A stretch of DNA of 64,000 nt, from assembly GCF_963506605.1 (NCBI RefSeq), contig NC_083281.1, positions 74,090,001 to 74,154,000 on the forward strand. Reading direction: 5' to 3'. Made by a program: the position numbers and the translations under genes. The notes under the pieces were generated by a model that worked only from the letters and a program-made list of their open reading frames with translations, had not been told where the DNA came from and made no database searches. The stretch's first letter is position 1, and each line of letters starts with the position of its first letter. Shown piece by piece: positions 34,801 to 46,589 of the stretch. The stretch comes from Zootoca vivipara (lineage: Eukaryota).

Positions 34801-37459
34801 ACATGATCATAGCTACCCGCTGCGTGGCTACTAGTCACGATGGCTCTAATACTATAAGGCTGTAATGTCTCTGAATGCTGCTTGCTGGAAACTGCAGGAG
34901 GAGAGAGTGACTTTGTGCTGGGGTTTCCAAGAAGGTGGCATCTTGGTGGCCCCTGCCAGAACAGAATCCTGGACTAGATGGGCCACTGGCCTCATCCAGC
35001 TGGCTTCTTTAATATTATGTTCACAGTCTGCACAACTCACTCCCTAGTGAACGTGCATAAGGTCAGGCTCCGTGGTAACAGCTACAATTCCCGCGTGGCA
35101 TTTAATTCTGTTGAATTTATTTTACTGTATTTTATTTTATATATTGTAGATTTTTAATACATTTAGTTTTTGTATGCTCCTTTGAGATTTTTTTGAGTAC
35201 AAAGTTGCTTATAAACGTTCTAAACAAACAAGCCACTGAGTGAGCAGGGGTTGGGCCAGTCTTGTTTTGGGAGTAACTCCCTTTGAACTCAGTGAGGCCG
35301 ACTCCCAAATAAATGTGAGGCAAAGCTTCGGGGACTTTCCTAGGAAAGGGCCCGTTTCACCACAGTTTCACATTCTGATGCATGCAGATTGTGATGCAAT
35401 AAAGAAGTAGTCACTAACACCCCTGTTCTAAATATAGTGGGTGACGCCAAGTAAGTCATACCTAGAGAGTGACTTAGCTGGATATCCCCCGTCATGGGAA
35501 ATTAGTGGATCTGGCTCCTAAGCTTAGGACTTCACAGCTCCATAGTCTGGTGGTGCAATAACTCAAGTGCATCTCATTCTAGGTGCACTCAGACGGGCCC
35601 TCTCCAAAAAGCAACAATTTAAGCAGTCAAGTACTTCTTTATAGTGCCAAAAGAAATGGGGTTAAACAACTCCTGTTCACATGCATGCATCCATTATTAT
35701 TTGACGGACTAGGACACTCGCATACTTACAGAAGCTGTGAAACCCCTCTCCTCAGAACTAAAAACAAATACAAATTATTAATGGGTTTTCCCAATACCCC
35801 CAACCCACTGCAACAACACTGCTTTATTAAGATAGGTACCTTCCCCCCCCCAGCACCAAATATGGGGTTACAATCTAAAATTCACCCCAGCAAGTATAAA
35901 GAGATTGCAATGGGATAAATGGCAAAACATGACTTATTTCAGTTACACAAACTTGGTGACCTCTTGGTCCTAAGCAGGGCACGCCTTTGCCATGGAGCTT
36001 CCGAAGATGCCTGGTTCGAGTTGGGGCTGAAGTCGTAGCTTAAGCGTTTTCTCTCACAAAGGCCTTCTCTGTTGCAAGGACACTGCTTCTCTCAGATCTG
36101 CAACTGCTGATCAGCACATAACCGTGTCAGCTGCTTATATAAAGCACACCAGGCCAGATCCCGTGGCTGTAAACATCCCAGAAAAGCTTTGCAGCAGAGA
36201 CGTTTGCTTTCCTCAGCTGGGCAGTTACCATTTGCTGTGCTGTTAGTACTACCAGTATTTCCCTCCCTGCCCCCCACACCCAAAGAAATATTTGGTTTTT
36301 TAATAATTTTATTTATAGTTTTCATTTATATACATTTCAATAGTTTAACCATAGTTGTAACATTTCAAAGCTCGACTTCCTCTTCTTTCTGCGGTTCCTT
36401 AAATTTATTTTTATTTTATTTATTTTTATTATTTCCAGCATATTCTAAATTAACTTATTCTAAAATATTTGTTTTATTTTTTAATTGGGCAGTATCCAAT
36501 GTCACTCACACTCAGAGGAGACCCATGGATAGGCAGAGGCTGCTTTTTTTGCAATATCTGCATTTATTTACAGATTCCCCAATGGCTGGCATTTACATAG
36601 CAGACTCTGGATCTGTAGTCTCCCACTGGGAGAGGGGAGGGGGGAATTAAATCCAGTGGTCCAGGGATTGAGAGGAATCTCCTTAACAAAGGGAAGGTGC
36701 TTGGCCACACTGCCAGGGCCTTTAAGGCAATCCCTAGCACTGCTGCTGGGTCCCCACTAAATAACAATCAGGAGTCTGTTGGCAGGTAGGACTTGCATTG
36801 ACACCATCAAAAACCCATAAAAGCATAAGGTTCAATTAACTCTATATCTGCTGGTCTCCTCTACTGATCTCTCAAGGATGGAAGGGCCCATATTTGTTAT
36901 TCTTTGGATTCATGCTTTTAAAAGGCATGTTTATTGCTACTTCTGAAAAAGTGAACCGTCTTGTGTGCCATCAGAGGCTATGCAACCCCCTCGGACTTTG
37001 CATCAGTCTGGGAACTGTTTTGTGATTTTTTATGACCAAACAATCTCATGGTAGGCACATTCATACTAAATATGATTTTATCTGGCAACGTCTATGAACA
37101 GCTGATATATTTTGGTATAAATACTCCATGAACCGTGCAACCTGCCATGGAACATATTTTATGCTATTTAATCTTTGTAAAACGTTTTTTTTAAAATTTT
37201 ACCTTGCATTTTTACCCCTTTTGTTTTATGACTGTTTTTATTATTTAGTTTGTTTTGTTTGTTACATTTGCAAATCTTGTTTTTAAAAGTTTATAGACAC
37301 ACACGCAAGCGCACAGACACACACACACACACACAAGAATTACAGGGACCTCTGAAAGGGCTTCGCGTTATTGCGGAGTGTCCTGAAGCTTAATGAATTG
37401 CGACCTCAATTGTAAAAAACAAAAACCTTGCAAGATTTCCTGTGAACTTCCAGTGCCTC

Positions 37460-39090
37460 CCAAACCCCGGACGGGAAATTGCCCATCGGGATCCCTAAAA
37501 AGGTGCCAAGCTTCCGGGTGAGTGTCACAAGGCAGAAGCGAGCCAAGAGACTGACGCGCGTGTGCCCGTTCTCTCCCTTCTTCTCCGCCTCCTTCCTCTC
37601 CACTGGGTGATCTCTCGGTGGAGCTCAAGGACTACGATTCCCGGCTTGCCATGCGAGCCGCGCAGGCGCAGTGCTGCCGCCAGACCAGAAGGCTCCTCCC
37701 CACGCGGTCGGTCGGGGCGGGGCTTCGGCTCACTCCCCCGTTGCCGGTCCCGGGAGGCGCCGCCGCCGCCGCTGTTGGCTTGCCGCCGCCGCCTCCTCCA
37801 CCACCTCCTCGCTCGGTCCTCTGATCCCACCCAGCCTGCCAGCCATGGATTCGGACTCCTGCTCTTCCCCGCCGCCCCCCGAGGTGAGAAGAGCCTCCCT
37901 TGCCCTCCCCCCAGTGATGACCCCCAAGGAGTCCCGCCCCTCCCAAAAAACCCCTACGGCATGTATACCCCCCAGAAGCCCCACTTTCTCCTCTCCCCCC
38001 CTTCTCAGTTTCGTCCCCCCCGGCTTTCTCTTCATCCTTCTCCAAGCCTTCTACCCGCCTCCAGCCCCAGTTCAGGACACCCCCATCCACCGCCCCCCCT
38101 CTGCGCAGAACTGGGTCTCTTGCTTGAGGTTGGATGTACGTCGGTGGGAGAGGGGGAAGGCGTGGCAGAGTTGAGGGGGTGTCCGGAGCTTCTTTTTTCT
38201 CCCTTTAAATCTCACCCCCCCCTCCTCCAGCACACCTTTTCAAGCCTTCCTCGGCCACTGTTGTCCCCTCCCCTCCCTTCTTTTAAGGGTGCGATCCTTC
38301 TCTGGTCTTTCATCCTCACCCTGGGGTGTAATTGCCCCCGCCGCGTAGGGCCGGTTGGGATCCGGCTTACTGGGCAGCCGGTTGCCCCCTCCCCATGCCT
38401 GACCCTCACTCCTAATCCCAACAAAGAAGCAAGCTTCCCTCCAGAAGAAACCTCCCCGCCCCCGCCTCCACTGGGCATTGCCCACTTATTGTGATGGCAG
38501 GGGGTGGGGAATGGGCAAAAGTCTGCAATGTGGCGCGGCGCTTTAAGGGGGTGCTTGCAAAAGTGGGGATCCCCTCCCCTGCAGCTCCTCAGCCAGTGAC
38601 CCCTCCCTTTAGCAAAGTTTTTCTCAACCCCCCCCCCCGCTTTTTCGCTCTCCGAGTGGCACCTCGCTGGCCCTGCCCTCTTCGAGTCCATGGCTGACGC
38701 CCCTAGTGGTTACGCCCGCCTCTTCCTCCCTCCTTGCAGGATTTTTCTCCCGGATCCAAACGATGCCGCACGGTGGAGGATTTCAACAAGTTTTGCACAT
38801 TCGTCTTGGCCTACGCAGGGTACATCCCCTACCCGCAAGAGGTACAGTATGGACGTCGGAGTGCGGGGTGGAGGCTGCCTTCGGTGCAGCTGGATAATCG
38901 GGGTGGGGTGGGGTAGGGGAGGGGCGGGCTCTGCTTCCCAAGTGGCTACCCTGCTGTGCTAAAGAGTGGGTATTCTCTCCCCCAAAGGCTTTCTGCGATT
39001 CGGAGCCCTGGCAGGCTCCGGTTCATTGATGGGGGGAAGGCGGGGGGGGGGGGGAATCGTCTCCGGAGGGCGACGATGGGGGGGGGGAGG
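37460..39090 (+). promoter_or_regulatory. CpG-island promoter and first introns of PHF13 (divergent from KLHL21)
   Basis: CpG-rich, with GGGGCGGGG, a half-CRE TGACG, an NRF1-like GCGCAGGCGCA and a (GCC)n-rich 5' UTR. Confidence 0.75.
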
Positions 39091-41325
39091 AAGTAGTGAG
39101 TCAGGAAAAGGTAATTTTGTTTGTGTGTGTGTTTAATGCCTTTGCAAATGCTGCCTGGGGATTAGGATGCGTTTGTGGGATGAAATGTCAGGACGTGCTT
39201 TTTTGTTCTTATGCAGATTGGCAGCCTTTGCCAACCTGGTGCCCTCCAGGCATTTAGGACTACAATTCCCATCAGTCCCCATGGGCCATCATGTAGCCGT
39301 GCTGATGGGAGTTGTGGTCCGAAACTCCTGGATAGACCCATGTTGTCTATACTTGCATTGATAGGGAAGTGGGAAAGGCTGATCTACAGCCCTTCTGTTC
39401 TGTCCACCGTGAATGTCCAGTGACCAGCTGTAGTGTCAAAATGCAGGCAAAACAGTGGGGATTCCTGCATTGCAGGGGGCTGAACTAGATGGCCCTTGGG
39501 GGGCCCCTTCCAAATTTACAGTTTTGTGAAATGGTACAGGTGTAATTTAAAACAATTGTTTGGGTGCTGGGCCCAGTCGCACCTTCCACTTAAAAAGCTT
39601 GCAGCCTCTGTGAAAATGATTTCTCTTTCTGCAGGACCCTTCTGTGCGGAGCGCGCCTAGCCCCCCAAACAGCACCGGGGGCACCATCGACAGCGACAGT
39701 GGGGATGTGGGTGAAGCGAGGCTCCCCTCTGCCCTCTCCTTGTCAGGGAAAGCACAGAAGAGCTTCAGCCAGCTGACACATCAGAGAGCTTACACCTCCC
39801 TCTACCAGTGGGCAAAGCCACAGGGCTTCCTGCTGGGCAGGAAGAAAATGGGGCTCAGGAGGAAGAGGAAGCTGAAGCGGAGGGAGGTGCTGGTGCCTCC
39901 ACCACCAGAAGAGGAAGACAGCCGGGAGCTGCTGGGAGGGGAGGAGTCCTATGCGCAGGCACCCACAAGCCCCTCTTTGGAAGGCGATACCCAATCCTCC
40001 ACAGGGCGCTGCTCGGCATGGGACTCAGACTCGCTCTCCAGTTCCTCGTGCCCACCAGCGGTCCCACCAGAGGCTCCGCGCCTGGTTCAGACGGTGGGCA
40101 AGCGCACCATCATCCGGCAGGGCAAGCAGGTGGTGTTCCGCGACGAGGACGGCAGTGCAGATGATGAGGACATCATGGTGGATTCAGGTATGGAGCAGAG
40201 AGCCTCTCAAACAAAGCACTCTCTTTCTGCATCAGGCAGAAGGTTAAAAGCAGGGGAGCCTTGAAGGTTGGGTGGCATGTGCCGACCAGAGCTGCTGACA
40301 GCTCCAGCCAAAACTTGCAGAAAAAATCTAAAGGGCAGCAGGCTAGTGATTGGAATGCCAGTGGCACCACATGGGAGAGCTTTCTTGGTGGTGGCTCCCT
40401 TTACGTGGAACTCTTTGCCCTGTTCCCCTCTTGATTTGTGTTCTACCAGCAATTGAAAACTTTTTAAATGAGCTTTTTTATTCTCTTGCTGTTTCACTAC
40501 CCGATTGTAAATACTGCCTTTTAACTACTTCAATAATTTGAGTTTTTAATGGCTGGCTCACTTCCGGCTTCATATTTTTAAAACCACAAGAGCAACACGC
40601 TTGTGGAGGGGGAAAGCAGGGGTATAATTTTAAATAAGAATATATATATATTTTAAAAGGTCAGTGTATTAACAGTCCATTATTGACAGAACTCTCACCG
40701 CTAGTAAAAAAAACCCCAAACCAGTATTTTGAAATCATTATTGTGACGTGACCAGTTGAAGGCAACGAATTCTCTTGCCACAACAAATGAACTCCTTGGG
40801 GAGCCTATGGGGGCCCGGCAGTTATTGCTGGCCTCCATCATCAAAGAAGCAGAAAGGGATGATGGGAATTGTAGTCTAGAACAGCTGGAGAGCAGCAGAA
40901 GGGTAGGCAAGCCCTTTTCTGCGTCACCAGCGGCAAGAGTGTTGGGCTGAAAATAAAGACTTGCTCCTTGGAGGGAGCATCCACCTACAAACAGGCTTCC
41001 CAGGTAGATGAATGTGGTTGTATTTGAGGACTGGAGGTGTATCTGATGAGGGTTTCTTACCTGGAACTTGTTTCTCTCTCTTCCTCCCTGCCGCACAGAT
41101 GACGATTCCTGGGACCTTGTGACTTGTTTCTGCATGAAACCCTTTGCCGGGCGCCCCATGATCGAGTGCAACGAATGCCATACCTGGATCCACCTCTCCT
41201 GCGCAAAGATCCGCAAGTCCAACGTCCCAGAGATCTATGTCTGCCAGAAGTGTCGGGACTCCAAGTTCAACATCCGCCGCTCCAGCCGCTCCCGGATGGG
41301 GTCGCGCCGACACTTCCTGGATTAG
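37845..41325 (+). CDS. PHF13: PHD finger protein 13 (SPOC1), complete ~306 aa: exons 37845-37883, 38740-38841, 39635-40187, 41099-41325
   Basis: Starts MDSDSC, then [23 protein letters not shown], a basic NLS-like RRKRKLKRR, and [18 protein letters not shown]. The PHD finger is [47 protein letters not shown]. Exons of 39+102+553+227 nt are in frame, ending in TAG at 41323-41325. Confidence 0.96.
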
Positions 41326-42813
41326 CGGGGTGGGATTTTCCTCGCAACACGTTTGACACAAGCAGACTTGTGATGTGAAACATGAGGCTCTGATTGGTGG
41401 GGGGACAAACCCAGCCACAAGCAGGGAACATCCTCTCTGTGGTGAAGCGAAGCGTCTCGAAGCACCCTCAAGGGCCTAAATCGCCACTGGAGAAGGACCT
41501 GATTCCGTGCCCCAGATCGAGCCGGGGGGAAAAGGCATCATTAGGATGATAAGAGGAAGTAGGGGGGGTGCTCCCTGGTGTGCACATCACTTTCCTTTCT
41601 TTCTGTTGTCCCAGGTATGAAAGTATGGCAGGATGAACTGCCTGATGGATGCTGAGCGACTCCACTATCGGGGAAGGGGATGCAGCAGTTTGGAGAGCTG
41701 GAGGTGCCAGCAGCTGTTGCATCTCCACTGTGCTGCTGCAGCAGGTCCAAGATCTGTCTTAAGGGTTGTGTGAAAAAGGGTCGCCTTCCCCATCCGGTGG
41801 AGAGCCAATCCGAGGTTGCCTCAAAGTGAGACAGCCCATGGCTGCTTCTTTCAAAACCACCTTCACTGGAGGAAGCCATCTGCTCGTGCAGGCAGGGAGA
41901 CGGAAGGACAGCCATTTCTCTCCCTTTGGAGAATGGGCTCAATTCCTATTCCGATGGGCTCTTCCTTCTCTCAGGTCCAGGATGGGCTTTCCTTTAAGTC
42001 GGCTGGCTGTGTTTGTAAAGTGGGAAGCATGTAAAAATGCTGCTTCTGAGCTGACGGGGGTGGTAAGCCTTGGTACCTGGGGATGCTTCTATGCATCTAG
42101 TACAGAAGAGTCTTGTGAGCTGGGAAATGGGCACAGAGACCTCAGGTTTAACAAGCCCAGTGGATTCCTGGCACCAGAGAGCTGATGTCTCCTTTGCAGT
42201 GACCAAACTGGCTTCAAGCACAGATGTGAATCCTCAAGTGGATTCTCCCTTTGCATTGCTCCAAGCTGTCGACAGCAAGGAAATGTAGTTTTTGTGGGGA
42301 AGGAAGAGCAGCAGGCTCAGCGGAGTGAGGACCGTACCAAGATAGACAGTCGTCTTACCCGACTCTCAGCATGGACACGTATTCCTTTGGGCACTTAATG
42401 TGTGATGGCCCAAGTTCTCGTATGGTGGACTTGTGTTGCAAACTTTGTCCATTTATCAGAAGCAAGTATGAAGAACTTGATTCCTCCACACAGCAGGGTC
42501 TGCTTTCCCTCAGGCTCCCCCATTTGCCAAAGACAGTTATTCTACAGAATGCCCCAGGCTGATACTGTGATCACTTGGCAGCCTCAGCTACCATATTGGT
42601 TGTTGTTGGTTTTTTGTTTTTTGTTTTAAGTGTCTGCAGAGCAAGACAAATCTGTGTAGGACATCTTGTGGTGGAGGAAACAGCCGAGGAAGAAGTTTCC
42701 TGTTGAGCAAGTTTTCACTTGTATTTTGGCATTGAGCTCTAGGACCCAGTTTCAACCATTCTGCAATCAGGTGGTGTCTGGCAAGCCCAGTTAATTGAAT
42801 TTTTCGGCAGAAG

Positions 42814-42819
42814 AATAAA
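42814..42819 (+). terminator. Candidate PHF13 polyadenylation signal AATAAA
   Basis: First AATAAA I saw after the stop (~1.5 kb 3' UTR), followed by T/GT-rich sequence, with ATTAAA at 42881. Confidence 0.5.
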
Positions 42820-43120
42820 CATCTTGCATGTCTGCGAGTTCATCTTTGTGCAATCTCAGTTTGAGAGCTTTATTTTTTTAATTAAAATTATTTGTATTAT
42901 TGGATGATGTTCCTTGTCTGTCTTTCTAGAAAAGAAGTAAAATCTTTAAATAGTGTATGGGTGACCTGTTTCGCTGCTCAGTAAGAGTGGAGGCAAAACC
43001 ACTGCAAAGCACTGGGAGAAGGAGCTGGGAGGTGATGGGGTGGTGGCGGTAGCTTGAACATAGATAGCATCCTTTGGGCGTGATTTGTGTAATACATGCG
43101 AAAATGCACTTCCCTTTATT

Positions 43121-43268
43121 GGGGATGGGTGGTAGTTCAGTGGTAGAGTGCTTGCTTTGCATGTAGAAAGTCCTCAGTTCAATCCCTGGCATCTCAGGTA
43201 GGGCTGGGTGCAGACAATACTGAGAAAGCTGGACCAAGGTTCTGACTGGGCACACGGTTGCTTCTTGT
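43121..43268 (+). mobile_element. tRNA-Ala(TGC)-like SINE
   Basis: GTAGTTCAGTGGTAGAGTGCTTGCTTTGCATGTAG..GTTCAATCCCTGGCATCTC head followed by a non-tRNA body GACAATACTGAG..GGACCAA..TCTGACT. Confidence 0.6.
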
Positions 43269-46200
43269 TTTCTGAGTCTGGAGGAGCAATTCTACATCAA
43301 CACCATTAAATTTCTATTGATTTAGCCCATCCAGTTTTCCACTAGAATGCTCAAACCAGCAGAGAGCTTTGAATGCAGAGGATCAGGAATGTCTGGGGGT
43401 CATGAACACCCTGTTGGCAAATGGGCTCCTGGACAAGATGCCCCCTTGGTCTAATCCTGCAACCAGGATCTCATTTTAGTGCTTAAGGCCCCAACTTTGG
43501 GGCTTCATCTCCAGTAACAAAAGGACCAGTCTGCCAAAGTCACAGTCATGGCTGATGAAGGTGCGCCAACTGTCTGATGACAGAATGCAGCTTCGTAGGT
43601 TTAGGGAGGGATGTTTGGTCAGTGCCAGTAGGAATCAGCCCCCCCCCCCCCCCCCGCAAACACTTCATTCCAAACACTGTTAATATTTCTGCTTGATTTT
43701 AATGTGATTACAGCCAGAGCTGTTTGTGGAAGAGGACAGTAGTCTCCACTCAGATCACACTTCAGCCTCAGAACTTCTAGTGGCCTGAGAGGAGTCCTTA
43801 TTGTTTTGGTATTTCCCTAACACACACATACACACACTCCCTCTCACCCATATAAAATACATATGAGAATAATATCCCACCAGAGAGGTTGTTGAGAAGG
43901 TAACAGAATATGGACGAAGTGAAACTGCATCTGCAGAATGCCGGAAGCCCCCAATCTTGAGTTTCTTAAAAGCATTATTTGTAGCGAAGCCACTCTTGAG
44001 GCAAGAACTCACCTTGGAGGCTCAGAAACCTCCAACAAGGGGGCTTGGGAGTAAGGGGATGGGAAGGGCAGAGACCCACCGCAGTTAGGTAAGAGAGGGG
44101 TCATCTCCAAGCCAAAGGGCAACATCCCCCACAGCTGCCATCATCTTTCTTGAGCCTGATGGGATGGGGGACATGACTAAAGGATTCCTTTATGTAACTG
44201 GCTCTACTTATGGGCATCGTCATGAATGCCAATAGCTATTAGGTTAAGCTTGTCACCAAATTCAGTTGAAATGGAGCTTAGGACGGCTGCAGAGGGAGAG
44301 AGCACTGGTATGCCAGCTAAGAGCTATGAGCACCTGGAACATGAATGGGAAGAGCATCAAGCACCTAGGTGGCTCTTGCAGCCACTTCCCTTCTAGTCTA
44401 CGGGAGTGGAAGGAGCAGAGGAAATAGAAAATGCACACATTTCCAGACACCAACCATGGCTCCATCACCAACCATGGCTCCATCACCCTCCAGCACCCTG
44501 TAGCTGCTGTTGGACTCCAACTCCCATCATCCCTTACCCCTGGCCATGCTGGCTGATGGGAGCTGAGAACCTAACAGCAGCTGGAGAGTAACAGGTTAGG
44601 GAAGATTGATCCCTTGTTGCAAGATAGAATGACCGATTAAGTCACCAGAAGGCACTACATTTAGCCTCCCTGAAGGATCAGAGTAAGCATGTCTGGCTGT
44701 ATCCTTTGCCTCCTTGCCCGTTGGGAGGCTTCTGTGCCCCTGTTTTAAGTAGCCAACAGTCCGGAGAAAATGGGTCTCTTTTATTGTCCTTATTTGTTAC
44801 AGGAGAAACCAGAGGCTCTTGACCTCATCAGCGGCTCATGCACTTTGCAAAATTCCCAGTCACACAAGGCAGGGGCTTTGGAAAGCAGGGAAGGATTGAA
44901 GTGGAGGGGGGCTCAGGCTGAGCTGGTTCAAAAAGCAGAAGGTTCAAGTGGTTATTGTCTGAAAGGCGCCGAAGCAAGCCTGCTTCCAGGGTGCTCCTTA
45001 CCAGTGTTAATTCTAGCCTGATTCTGGTTCTTGAAGAGACCAGGTCACAGATTTCTGAAACCAGAACTCGCTGCGATCCAGGAATAAATACTATGACCAT
45101 ACAGTGTATTTCTCACTCCATCAGCTCTGAAGGAAGCAGGGATAACTGACATATGGAAAAATGAATGGGGCAGTCGGGTAGGGGTGTCAACAGGAATAAA
45201 GATATTTACTTGAAGGTACCAAGGGTTAACCAAGGAGATGGATATTATTAGACCAGAACTTGGTTCAATGGAAGATGCGAGAGAAAAATATTTGTCCAAC
45301 AAAACAACTGAGGAGCAGCAACACCTAATTTCAAGAGGAAAGGGGGGCAGGAGGGATGTAACAGGCTTCATGGAATCAGTTATCATTTTACTTAGGGTAA
45401 GAGCTGAGGTGGGGACAGATTGGGGGGGTATGATCTGGATCCAAATGAGTGGGGCGAACCCAGTTATATAAACAAATAAAGTGGCGCAGGGGATGCACCA
45501 CACTGTGTGTGTTTCAGGAACCAGCAGTTATGACGAAAAGCTTGTTTTGGCATTCAACACCCCCAGGGATCCTTCATAAATGTCATGAAGGAAGGTGTTC
45601 CAAGGACTAACAGAGAGGCAACTCCAGCCTCCTCTCTTCGTGTCTGTAAAAGGAGCTCTACATTGCCACCAGGGACAGAGGGCCAAAAATGGGACTCCTC
45701 CAACCTCTCTGTTGCTTTCTTGCAGCACAAGAGCACCCCTGGTCTGCGGTGGGAGCAATCTTCCATCGAGAATGCTATTGCCTCTGATTTGGCACTCACT
45801 TGGCCCTCCCATCTCCCCACCCTGCCTCCATCTGCACGGCGTCTTTTGTGTACATCAAAACGCTTATGGTGACTTTAACTCCTTTTCCGGGCCAGCTTCT
45901 TGCTGTGCTTGGAACAAAGACAAGCTGACAGGGAAACAGTTCCTCTTAGTGTATCATATTATATCAGCTGCTAGAGAGAGAGATGATGATGGACAGGAAG
46001 ATTCAAATATGTTGAAAGAAAGGCTTACAAACAAATTTCCCAAAGTGCATTTTGATTTTGGAACGTGGATATGAGCACCGTGTTCTTTGCATTGCCGAGC
46101 AGCCACAAGGGTCTGTGCGGAGGAGGCCGCAAATGCGGCCGGTCACTCCTTCACCTGAAGTAGCCCCCACCCCCTCCACTTCCTGCAAGAATAAGAGTGA

Positions 46201-46589
46201 CACCTCACCCGCCCCGCCCCCCCCCAATTGCCCACCTGCCCCAAGGCTCCCCCTGCTGAAGAGGACACTGGTTGCTGCAGGGGAAAGAGGGGCTCCTAGT
46301 CTGCAGCCCACCCCCTTGCGTTGGCAGGGGCAGTCTGGAAATGCTGGCCATCGTCAGCTGTGCCAGTCAAGCTGCAGGGTCTGGGTGCCACTGTCTCGTT
46401 AGAGCAGATTCCACTCATTTTGTCCCACAATGTTACGTTGGGTGCCAAACCACCTTCTTTCGCGCCGATCAGGAAATAAGTCGCATCCCCACCCGTCTGA
46501 AGATGTCATCAAATCCAGGGAGGAAAGATGGTGCCATATCTGCTGGTCCCTGGGCACAGAACTCAGCACCTGCCCTCTTCCCCACCAGA

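Noticed and set aside
37562-38494. 310-aa ORF over the PHF13 promoter and intron 1
   Set aside because: GTG start, Pro/Ser-rich, crosses a clear splice donor; CpG-island artefact.
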